From Clostridia bacterium (lineage in GTDB: Bacteria > Bacillota > Clostridia > Christensenellales > CAG-138), in assembly GCA_017451295.1 (NCBI GenBank), contig JAFSPW010000110.1:40213-104212 (forward strand): DNA of 64,000 nucleotides, in the 5' to 3' direction. The first letter of the stretch is position 1. Each line of letters starts with the position of its first letter. The translations under genes and the position numbers were made by a program. Below, in pieces: positions 37,457 through 45,299 of this stretch. The notes below the pieces were generated by a model, which was not told where the DNA came from, searched no databases, and saw only the letters and a program-made list of their open reading frames with translations.

Positions 37457-38959
37457 ATGCCTGACCGAATTACGATACAGAAGATAGCGGAATTAACCGA
37501 AAAGATCGGGAAACTCCCCAAAGGCTATATCTCCAAAAAGACCGTGAACGGTAACGTTTATTTTTATCATCAGTGGTCGGAAGGCGGCGTAAAGAAAAGC
37601 AAGTATCTCCGCGATGAGGAGATCGCCGGGCTAACCGATCAGATTGAACTAAGAAAAAAGTTGCAAAAAGAACTGGCTGAAATCAAGGCGGGCAACGTTG
37701 CCTCGCCCAAAGTTCAGAACGGTTTTTTGAAGTGTACCCTGATGCATAAATGCACACCCGTAGTCGAACTCAATCTCGATAACGAAACCGGTTTTATTCA
37801 GAAAATCGGTGCTGTTTTTGCGCCCGAGCATCTGCCCGTTGGCGTCGGTATGAAAAAGGGCGCCGTCGATCGCGCGGCACTGAACGCTTGGTGGACGGAA
37901 AGATCCATCCCCGCCAGCCGCTCCGGTGTGCGCGAGGCAATGGAAACGCTGCAGATCACCGATACAAAAATGCTGTTGATTCGCTGCTTCGGTCTCTCCC
38001 TTTCAGACCAGTATTGGATCCGCCCCGAAAACTCCGAACTTACCTGGGAAAAGATCAACTTTTTTGAAAACGAGTTTTCCGATGATATCGGCGACGTACT
38101 GTTCGGCGCGGATAAGAAACCGGATCCGCTCAATTTCTCTTCGCCCGATAATACCTCCGACGGCAATCTGAAAAAGCGATGGAAAATCATTGACGGCAAG
38201 CGTTGCCTTGTCAAAGGCGGCTCCAACCCCTACCGTCAGCAACCGTTGAACGAAGTCGTCGCCTCAAAGATCATGCGTCGGCTGAATATTCCCCACGTGC
38301 CGTACACCGTGACCTGGAACAAGGGCGCTCCGTACAGCGTGTGCGAAGATTTTGTCAGCGAAGATACCGAGCTTGTCCCGGCGTGGCGGATCATCCAGAC
38401 CAGGAAGCAGCCAAACAGCAAGTCGATGTATCAGCATTTCGTTGACTGCGCGGACGCACTCGGGATCCCGAATGTCAAAGAGTTTTTGGATCAGATGATT
38501 GTGCTCGATTATATCATTGCGAACGAAGATAGACATTTGAACAACTTCGGCGCAATTCGTAACGCCGAAACGCTTGAATGGCTCTGCATGGCGCCGATCT
38601 ATGATAGCGGCTCCTCACTTGGATATGACAAGAGCGTACCGATGATGCGGGACGGGTCGGAGGTAGTCTGCAAACCGTTCAAAAAGCACCACGAAGAACA
38701 GTTAAAACTTGTTTCATCTTTTGACTGGATCGACTTCTCCGCGCTTTCCGGCGTCGGTGAAATGATTACGGAAATCCTCTCCGACGAAAACGCAAAGGAT
38801 TATATGGAAGAAAACCGAATTCGCGTTATTGCTGAGCTGACAGAGCGTCGGATCAAAAATCTGCAAACTCTTGCCAACTCAAAGACGCACAAGCAGACCA
38901 TCACCACCGATGACGAAGTCGGCAAAAACATTGCCGCATCGTATGAAGATAAGAAATAA
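37457..38959 (+). CDS. HipA-homologous Ser/Thr kinase with about 90-aa N-terminal extension and about 100-aa C-terminal extension (monocistronic)
   Basis: Catalytic-loop motif IIANEDRHLNNFG and Mg-binding MAPIYDSGSS, with KRWKIIDGKRCLVKGGS in the ATP-binding region. No HTH/HipB-like ORF on either side. Confidence 0.8.
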   Translation: MPDRITIQKIAELTEKIGKLPKGYISKKTVNGNVYFYHQWSEGGVKKSKYLRDEEIAGLTDQIELRKKLQKELAEIKAGNVASPKVQNGFLKCTLMHKCTPVVELNLDNETGFIQKIGAVFAPEHLPVGVGMKKGAVDRAALNAWWTERSIPASRSGVREAMETLQITDTKMLLIRCFGLSLSDQYWIRPENSELTWEKINFFENEFSDDIGDVLFGADKKPDPLNFSSPDNTSDGNLKKRWKIIDGKRCLVKGGSNPYRQQPLNEVVASKIMRRLNIPHVPYTVTWNKGAPYSVCEDFVSEDTELVPAWRIIQTRKQPNSKSMYQHFVDCADALGIPNVKEFLDQMIVLDYIIANEDRHLNNFGAIRNAETLEWLCMAPIYDSGSSLGYDKSVPMMRDGSEVVCKPFKKHHEEQLKLVSSFDWIDFSALSGVGEMITEILSDENAKDYMEENRIRVIAELTERRIKNLQTLANSKTHKQTITTDDEVGKNIAASYEDKK

Positions 38960-39057
38960 TAGAACGGCAAGTAAGTGCTGCACGCTCGCAGACTTGAAAT
39001 TTTCTGTAGAGTCCAACAGGGTGATGGGCAGAGCCCGGACGATGTCGATGCGCTCGG

Positions 39058-39086
39058 TTGAAATAGATGCAGCCGTATGGTAGTAT
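39058..39086 (+). promoter_or_regulatory. Sigma-A-type promoter of the membrane/PBP gene
   Basis: TTGAAA (39058-39063), 17-nt spacer, TAGTAT (39081-39086). AAAGGAG RBS before ATG 39117. Confidence 0.5.
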
Positions 39087-39116
39087 ACAGAAAACAGATA
39101 GTAAAGGAGTGCTGCA

Positions 39117-40637
39117 ATGAAAAAATGGCTGCAGGTTTTGCTGATCTACTGGCTGATTCCCGCCGTGGGACTGATTCTCGCCGTGGGAGCGGTTGCACGG
39201 ATACCCCTGATTTTTCTGGACTTGAATGTAAATGAATGGTTTTTTGCCTGGTTTGTCCCCATTGTAACCGTATTTCTGTATGTTTTGCTGCGAAAAAAGC
39301 TGGACCTTCCCTTCGCCGCAAGGGTCAATGCCGGGATTCTGATTATACTTTCGGTATCCTTGGCGGTCATTCTGGCCATCACCTCCGGCAGCACAAATGG
39401 TAAAGAGTTCAGCATATTCACCATGCTGACGTTCCCGTTTCTGCTGCTGTCGCTGCTAATGATGGTGGCGGACAGTGCGCTTGCTTTGTTCGCCTGCATC
39501 TTTGCCACCTATGCAGCCGCTATGATTACCTGCCTCGTCCTGTCATCATGCAGTGGAGCTAACGAGCCGGACAGGGTGCAACAGCCACCTATCCGCCGTC
39601 TTTTGCCCTATTTGTTAACCGTTGCGGTGGTCCTGCTCTGCGGAACATTCAGCGTAAAGCAATACCAAAACCGTCCCGAGGTTCGGTATGCGGGGCATGG
39701 TTTCTCGTATATGCATGGATACTCCTCCACGGATTTCACCGATTACATGGTGTATAGTGAGAACTCGAAACTGGTCGAGCTGGACCATCAACCGAGCTTT
39801 ACCATTGAGGATGAGAAGGAGATGCCCGTCATGGACGGTGCGGAAGCGTGCTATCCGGTGTATGCGGCGGTGGCCAAGGCCGTATACCAGGGCATAGAGG
39901 GCATTGAGATGGCTGCATTGCAGACGGATTATGAATATACCAACGGCAAGATTGTCAGCTTCACCAACACCGTGCGTGGATTCTCCCGTCTGTTGGATAA
40001 AGAGGTGAATTTGCTTTTCGGCGCAACGCCCTCCAAAGAACAGCTTGCGGAGGCTGCAAAGAAAGGTATTGCCCTCACCATAACCCCCATCGGTCGGGAG
40101 GCCTTTGTGTTCTTTGTAGAGAAGGACAACCCCATCGACAATCTCACCAGCCAGCAAATCCGGGCCATCTATCACGGAGAGGTAACCAACTGGAAAGAGC
40201 TTGGTGGCAAAAATCAGGAAATCAGGGCCTTTCAACGCCCCCAAAATTCCGGCTCCCAGGCTGTTATGGAATACTTCATGGGGGATGTGTCCCTGATGGA
40301 GCCGGACAAGTATTTCGTCATCAGCGCAATGGGGGACACTATAGAGAAGGTGGCCCAATATGCCGACGAGGACGGCGCCATGGGCTATTCCTTCCGCTAT
40401 TTTGTGGAGGAATTGAATCAAGAGGATGGAGTGAAGATTCTCTGTGTTGACGGCGTTGCCCCGACCCTGGAGAACATCGAAAACGGACTATACCCGCTGA
40501 CGGTGGATCTTTGCCTCATCACCCGCGCCTATGACCCTAAAGCGAATGTGCAGAAGATGATTGATTTTATGCTCTCCCCGGACGGCCAGGAGATTATAAG
40601 AAGAACCGGCTATGCTGCTCTAAAGAGCAATGAATGA
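39117..40637 (+). CDS. Polytopic membrane protein fused to a PstS-like (PBP_like_2) periplasmic-binding domain
   Basis: About 6 hydrophobic helices in residues 1-180. The C-terminal domain has FTNTVRGF..., LTITPIGREAFVFFVEKDNPIDNLTSQQIRAIYHGEVTNWKELGG, QRPQNSGSQ and GLYPLT motifs typical of PstS-family binding proteins. Confidence 0.7.
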   Translation: MKKWLQVLLIYWLIPAVGLILAVGAVARIPLIFLDLNVNEWFFAWFVPIVTVFLYVLLRKKLDLPFAARVNAGILIILSVSLAVILAITSGSTNGKEFSIFTMLTFPFLLLSLLMMVADSALALFACIFATYAAAMITCLVLSSCSGANEPDRVQQPPIRRLLPYLLTVAVVLLCGTFSVKQYQNRPEVRYAGHGFSYMHGYSSTDFTDYMVYSENSKLVELDHQPSFTIEDEKEMPVMDGAEACYPVYAAVAKAVYQGIEGIEMAALQTDYEYTNGKIVSFTNTVRGFSRLLDKEVNLLFGATPSKEQLAEAAKKGIALTITPIGREAFVFFVEKDNPIDNLTSQQIRAIYHGEVTNWKELGGKNQEIRAFQRPQNSGSQAVMEYFMGDVSLMEPDKYFVISAMGDTIEKVAQYADEDGAMGYSFRYFVEELNQEDGVKILCVDGVAPTLENIENGLYPLTVDLCLITRAYDPKANVQKMIDFMLSPDGQEIIRRTGYAALKSNE

Positions 40638-40658
40638 ACGTTCCCCCAATCCACAAAT

Positions 40659-40720
40659 AACGGGACTGCACCAGCTGGTGCAGTCCCGTTGAAGCCACCT
40701 GATGCTCAGGTGGCTTTTTG
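40659..40720. terminator. Two back-to-back hairpins between convergent genes
   Basis: Hairpin 1 AACGGGACTGCACC-agct-GGTGCAGTCCCGTT (40659-40690) has its T-tract on the minus strand (TTATTTGTGG). Hairpin 2 AAGCCACCTGA-tgc-TCAGGTGGCTT (40692-40716) has TTTTG on the plus strand. Confidence 0.6.
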
Positions 40721-40738
40721 TCCCGATGATTTATGCTG

Positions 40739-41560
40739 TTAAAGTCCCCTGGTCTTCAAGCCACGGACGATGTCGATATATACATCCACAATGTCTGTCA
40801 CCCCCTGGCCGGAGCCCTTGGCAAGGGGGCGACGCCTGAGGTCGATGGCGTCCAGATGGGAGATACCCTGCCGGCCGTTGCCCCGTAAGACGGTGAAGTT
40901 ATCGCCCCACTTGGCGGAATCAAGGCTCACCAGGCCGTCGTTCTCCCCTTCGATACGGCTAAGGACGAAGTTAGCTGTGGACAGGTTGATATCCGAAAGG
41001 GGATGGGCCATAACACAGCCGAAGCTCTGATAGAACACCCCAGGCACATCCGGGTTGTTCTTGTTGAAGGCGGTCATATGCTCCGTGGTGAAGCCTTCGC
41101 ATACCGCCAGAAAGTCCGGCTGCTTATCCCCCACCAGGCGAATCCAGTTGTTCACCGCAAAGGCGGCCAAACTGAAAATGGCCTTGGGCGCTCGAAAAAG
41201 CTTGTCAAGAGTTTTAGAGCCATGATGTGGCGTGGCGATGGTGGTGATGCTGGCGATTTTATCCCCGGCCCCTAGGGAGGAGGCGGCCATGCGGGCCTCC
41301 AAGCCGCCCTTGCTGTGGGCAATCAGGTTTACCTTTTGGGCGCCGGTCTCGGCTAAAACGCTTTCAATACGGCGGACGATTTCCCGGGCGTTGGTTTCGG
41401 TGCTGGCCCAGCAATCCTGCAGGCCATAGTATATTGCCGCCCCTCTGAGCTGCAAAGCACCGGGAATGCGGCCCCAGTACACGGGCCACTTCAAATCCCG
41501 AAAGCCCGCCCCGTGAATGAGCACAATTGGATATTGAGTTTGGCAGGAGTAATCTTGCAT
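40739..41560 (-). CDS. Secreted-type triacylglycerol lipase / alpha-beta hydrolase
   Basis: PIVLIHGAG oxyanion region, AHSKGG (GxSxG-type nucleophile elbow), C-terminal HLDAID. Start taken as ATG 41560; ATG 41575 is an alternative. Confidence 0.75.
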   Translation of the reverse strand: MQDYSCQTQYPIVLIHGAGFRDLKWPVYWGRIPGALQLRGAAIYYGLQDCWASTETNAREIVRRIESVLAETGAQKVNLIAHSKGGLEARMAASSLGAGDKIASITTIATPHHGSKTLDKLFRAPKAIFSLAAFAVNNWIRLVGDKQPDFLAVCEGFTTEHMTAFNKNNPDVPGVFYQSFGCVMAHPLSDINLSTANFVLSRIEGENDGLVSLDSAKWGDNFTVLRGNGRQGISHLDAIDLRRRPLAKGSGQGVTDIVDVYIDIVRGLKTRGL

Positions 41561-41610
41561 TTCTATTTCTCTCATCGGGATGAGTATAGCATGATTCCCT
41601 GATAATGACA

Positions 41611-41639
41611 AGAAAAAGCCGCCCCTTGCGGAGCGGCTT
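41611..41639 (-). terminator. ppdK intrinsic terminator
   Basis: Minus-strand AGCCGCTCC-gcaa-GGGGCGGCT followed by TTTTCT, 17 nt after the ppdK stop. Confidence 0.6.
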
Positions 41640-41655
41640 GTGCGGGTTCGTTGGA

Positions 41656-44286
41656 TTAGTTCTGCTTGTCCTTGATCGCAGCCTGAGCGGCGGCCAGACG
41701 AGCGATGGGGACCCTGAAGGGGCTGCAGGAGACATAGGTCAGGCCCACCTTGTGGCAGAACTCCACGGAGGAGGGATCGCCGCCATGCTCGCCGCAGATG
41801 CCCAGCTTGATGTTGGGACGGGTCTGACGGCCCAGGTCGGCAGCCATCTTCACCAGCTTGCCCACGCCCTTCTGATCGAGGCGGGCGAAGGGATCGGACT
41901 CGTAAATCTTGCGATCATAGTAGTCCTTGAGGAACTTGCTCGCATCGTCACGGCTGAAGCCGAAGGTCATCTGGGTCAAGTCGTTGGTGCCGAAGGAGAA
42001 GAACTCGGCTTCCAGTGCGATTTCTTCGGCGGTGAGGGCCGCACGGGGAATCTCAATCATGGTGCCCACGTGGTAGTCAATCTGCTCGCCCCGCTCCTCC
42101 ATGACCTTGGCGGCGGTGTCCACAACCGTCTTCTTCACGAACGCGAGCTCCTTGACTTCGCCCACCAAGGGAATCATAATCTCGGGAACGATGTTCATGC
42201 CGGTTTCCTTGCGAACGTTGAGGGCAGCCTCGATAACCGCACGGGTCTGCATCTCGGCAATCTCGGGATAGGACACGGCGAGGCGGCAGCCACGGTGACC
42301 CATCATGGGGTTGAACTCGTGGAGGCTCTCCACGGTGGCCTTGAGCTGCTCGAAGGTGAGGCCCATTTCCTTGGCCAGATCCCGGATGTCCTCATCGGCG
42401 GTGGGCAGGAACTCATGGAGCGGGGGATCCAGGAACCGGATGGTTACCGGGCGGCCCTCCATGGCCTTGTACATGCCCTCGAAGTCACCGCGCTGCATGG
42501 GCAGGAGCTTGTCCAAAGCCTTGCGGCGGGCTTCCTCGGTGCTGGAGACGATCATCTCACGGACGGCGGGGATACGGTCGGGAGCAAAGAACATATGCTC
42601 GGTACGGCACAGGCCGATGCCCTCGGCGCCGAACTTCACGGCCACAGCGGCATCGTGGGGGTTATCGGCGTTGGTGCGGACCTGGAGGCGACGGGCGGCA
42701 TCCGCCCAGCCCATGAAGCGAGCGAACTCGTTGGCGATGGTGGCATCGGTGGTCTTGATGGCCTCGCCGTAGATGTTGCCGGTGGAGCCGTCGAGGCTGA
42801 TCCAGTCGCCCTCATGATAGGTGCGGCCGGCCAGGGTGAAGCACTTGTTGTCCTCGTCCATGGTGATTTCACCGCAGCCGGAGACGCAGCAGGTGCCCAT
42901 GCCGCGGGCCACAACGGCGGCGTGGCTGGTCATGCCGCCACGGACGGTGAGGATGCCCTGGGAGTGGTTCATGCCTTCGATATCTTCGGGGCTGGTCTCC
43001 AAGCGGACCAGGACCACCTTATGACCGGCCTTGTCCCAGTCGATAGCATCCTGGGCGTTGAACACAATCTGGCCGCAGGCGGCGCCGGGAGAGGCGGGCA
43101 GGGCGTGGGCCACGGGCGTGGCAGCCTTCAGGGCGGCGGCATCGAACTGGGGATGGAGCAAAGCATCCAGCTGCTTGGGGTCAACCATGAGCAGGGCTTC
43201 GTCCACGGTGATGAGACCTTCATCTACGAGGTCGCAGGCAATCTTCAAAGCGGCCTTGGCGGTACGCTTGCCGTTACGGGTCTGGAGCATGTAGAGCTTC
43301 TTATCCTCGATGGTGAACTCCATGTCCTGCATATCGTGATAGTGGGCTTCGAGCTTTCCGCAGATGTCCACAAACTGCTCGTACGCTTCGGGAATGACTT
43401 CCTTGAGCTGGTCGATGGTTTGCGGCGTGCGGACGCCGGCCACCACGTCTTCGCCCTGGGCGTTCATCAAAAACTCGCCAAACAGGTGCTTTTCGCCGGT
43501 AGCGGGGTCACGGGTGAAGGCAACGCCCGTGCCGGAATCATCGCCAGTGTTGCCAAAGACCATCATCTGCACGTTGACGGCAGTGCCCCAATCGCCGGGG
43601 ATGTCGTTCATGCGGCGATAGTAGATGGCCCGGGGGTTGTTCCAGGAACGGAACACGGCCTTGATGGCGCCCAGCAGCTGTTCCTTGGGATCGGAGGGGA
43701 AGTCGGCGCCAATCTTGGCTTTATATTCGGCCTTGAACATCTGGGCCAGCTTCTTCAAATCATCGGCATCGAGCTCGGTATCCAGCTTCACGCCCTTCTC
43801 GGCCTTCATCTGGTCGATGAGCTCTTCAAAATACTTCTTGCCCACTTCCATGACCACATCGGAATACATCTGGATGAAGCGGCGATAGGAATCGTAAGCA
43901 AAGCGGGGGTTGCCGGTCTTGCGGGCGAAGGCTTCCACCACGGTGTCGTTAAGACCCAGGTTCAAAATGGTGTCCATCATGCCAGGCATGGAAGCACGGG
44001 CGCCGGAGCGAACGGAGACCAGCAGGGGGTTATTCAAATCCCCGAACTTCTTGCCGCTCATCTGCTGGAGCTTTTCGACATACTGGTCAATTTCGGCCAG
44101 GATGTCATCGTTAATCTTTTCGCCGTCGTCATAGAACTTGATGCAGGCTTCGGTGGTGATGGTGAAGCCCTGGGGCACGGGCATGCCCAGATTAGTCATC
44201 TCAGCAAGGTTGGCTCCTTTGCCGCCCAAGAGGTTGCGCATGTCCTTGGAGCCTTCGGAGAACAGGTATACATATTTGTGTGCCAA
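41656..44286 (-). CDS. ppdK: Pyruvate, phosphate dikinase
   Basis: About 876 aa. ATP-grasp N-terminus (GGKGANLAEM), phospho-His domain (GGMTSHAAVVARGMG), PEP-utilising TIM barrel (CGEHGGDP). Start re-set to TTG 44286, 7 nt after GGGAGGA, giving LAHKYVYLF. Confidence 0.95.
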   Translation of the reverse strand: MAHKYVYLFSEGSKDMRNLLGGKGANLAEMTNLGMPVPQGFTITTEACIKFYDDGEKINDDILAEIDQYVEKLQQMSGKKFGDLNNPLLVSVRSGARASMPGMMDTILNLGLNDTVVEAFARKTGNPRFAYDSYRRFIQMYSDVVMEVGKKYFEELIDQMKAEKGVKLDTELDADDLKKLAQMFKAEYKAKIGADFPSDPKEQLLGAIKAVFRSWNNPRAIYYRRMNDIPGDWGTAVNVQMMVFGNTGDDSGTGVAFTRDPATGEKHLFGEFLMNAQGEDVVAGVRTPQTIDQLKEVIPEAYEQFVDICGKLEAHYHDMQDMEFTIEDKKLYMLQTRNGKRTAKAALKIACDLVDEGLITVDEALLMVDPKQLDALLHPQFDAAALKAATPVAHALPASPGAACGQIVFNAQDAIDWDKAGHKVVLVRLETSPEDIEGMNHSQGILTVRGGMTSHAAVVARGMGTCCVSGCGEITMDEDNKCFTLAGRTYHEGDWISLDGSTGNIYGEAIKTTDATIANEFARFMGWADAARRLQVRTNADNPHDAAVAVKFGAEGIGLCRTEHMFFAPDRIPAVREMIVSSTEEARRKALDKLLPMQRGDFEGMYKAMEGRPVTIRFLDPPLHEFLPTADEDIRDLAKEMGLTFEQLKATVESLHEFNPMMGHRGCRLAVSYPEIAEMQTRAVIEAALNVRKETGMNIVPEIMIPLVGEVKELAFVKKTVVDTAAKVMEERGEQIDYHVGTMIEIPRAALTAEEIALEAEFFSFGTNDLTQMTFGFSRDDASKFLKDYYDRKIYESDPFARLDQKGVGKLVKMAADLGRQTRPNIKLGICGEHGGDPSSVEFCHKVGLTYVSCSPFRVPIARLAAAQAAIKDKQN

Positions 44287-44327
44287 GATTGATTCCTCCC
44301 TATGTGTATTATTCATTTGAACGACTC

Positions 44328-44356
44328 ATTATACCAGCCGAAGAACGGTATTGCAA
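44328..44356 (-). promoter_or_regulatory. Sigma-A-type promoter of ppdK
   Basis: Minus strand: TTGCAA (44351-44356), 17-nt spacer, TATAAT (44328-44333). Confidence 0.55.
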
Positions 44357-44400
44357 GTTTTTTCATGGATTTTTGTGATGGATTTGCAAGAAATAATTCA

Positions 44401-45162
44401 TCATGACTGCCCCAACGAAACGCTCTCCAGGCCCAGCAGCATATCGGCGGTCTTGCGGATGCCGGGCAGATACTCGAGGGCATAGGGCAGCAGGCAGGAA
44501 AAAACCTCTTTTCGTAGGGCCGGCTTTAGTTTTACCCTCGCCAGCTGGTCATCCTCCAGCAGCAGAATCCGGCGCATAGCTTCCAGGGCGGTTTTGTCCG
44601 CCGCCCTGCCGATGGGGCTGCAGGCGGTGCAGACGGCGCCGCCTCTTTCGACACTGAAGCGGACGATGGCATCCTGCCGCAAATCCCGGCCGCAACCGGC
44701 GCAGTGGGTGATGGCGGGGCGAAAGCCCAGCAGGGACAAGAAGCGCAGCAAAAAGCACACGGCCATGTCCCCCGGCTCCACATCCCCATAGGTAAGGTAG
44801 GACAGGCAGTGATAGAGGAGGGAAAAGACCTCGGGGCTGCTCTGCTGCTCCTGGACCCCCTCCAAACAGGCGGCAGCGCACAGGGAGGCGGCGGCGTACC
44901 GGGCCACATCCTCCCTGAGGGGGTAGAAGCTTTCCAGCACCTCCCCCTGGTCGATGATGTATTTGTTTTTGTGGTAAAACAGCTGATAGTCCCCGTAGAC
45001 AAAGGGCTGGGTACAGGCCAGCAAGGGCGAAGTGGTGCGGCGGCAGCCCCGGGCCTTGGCGTCGATGCGGCCCTGCTCCGCCGTAAAGAGGGTGAGTATT
45101 CTATCGTTGTCCCGGTAATCCACCGTCCGAATCACCATGCCCCTGAGGGCCGTGTCCGCCAT
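44401..45162 (-). CDS. recO: DNA repair protein RecO
   Basis: 253 aa. OB-fold N-terminus (GMVIRTVDYRDNDRILTLFT) and zinc motif CAGCG...CTAC. Downstream of era. Confidence 0.85.
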   Translation of the reverse strand: MADTALRGMVIRTVDYRDNDRILTLFTAEQGRIDAKARGCRRTTSPLLACTQPFVYGDYQLFYHKNKYIIDQGEVLESFYPLREDVARYAAASLCAAACLEGVQEQQSSPEVFSLLYHCLSYLTYGDVEPGDMAVCFLLRFLSLLGFRPAITHCAGCGRDLRQDAIVRFSVERGGAVCTACSPIGRAADKTALEAMRRILLLEDDQLARVKLKPALRKEVFSCLLPYALEYLPGIRKTADMLLGLESVSLGQS

Positions 45163-45256
45163 GCTGTTTCTCCTTCAGCCGGGCATAGCGCAGATAGGCA
45201 TCCACCCGCCCGGTTCCATAAAAATCCTGAAAGGCTTTCTTCTCTTCTTCGGTCAT
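45101..45256 (-). CDS. yqzL: YqzL-like small protein (51 aa)
   Basis: Hand-found: TATAGGAGGTGTCT then ATG 45256, MTEEEKKAFQDFYGTGRVDAYLRYARLKEKQ.... The TG.VDaYL motif and the era-yqzL-recO position match B. subtilis yqzL. The 3' end overlaps recO by 62 nt. Confidence 0.45.
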   Translation of the reverse strand: MTEEEKKAFQDFYGTGRVDAYLRYARLKEKQHGGHGPQGHGDSDGGLPGQR

Positions 45257-45299
45257 AGACACCTCCTATAGAGGGAGTATGGCCAAAGGGAAGCGAGTC

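Noticed and set aside
38800-39321. 173-aa minus-strand ORF spanning the gap between the two island genes
   Set aside because: It is antisense to the 3' end of the kinase gene and the 5' end of the membrane/PBP gene. It has no RBS and a Ser/Arg/Pro-rich composition without motifs.
37171-41552. Campbell-type integration of a circular element through the lipase 5' fragment
   Set aside because: Single-crossover integration predicts promoter-fragment-cargo-fragment-gene body. Here the intact gene body follows the right repeat directly, and the left repeat is followed by a terminator remnant. A duplicated lipase copy with internal deletion or inversion fits this better. No integrase, transposase or att-like tRNA is present.
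41605-44292. 895-aa plus-strand ORF covering the whole ppdK locus
   Set aside because: It is antisense to an unmistakable pyruvate phosphate dikinase. The translation is low-complexity G/A/L/H/V-rich with no recognisable motif, a typical mirror-frame artefact of high-GC DNA.
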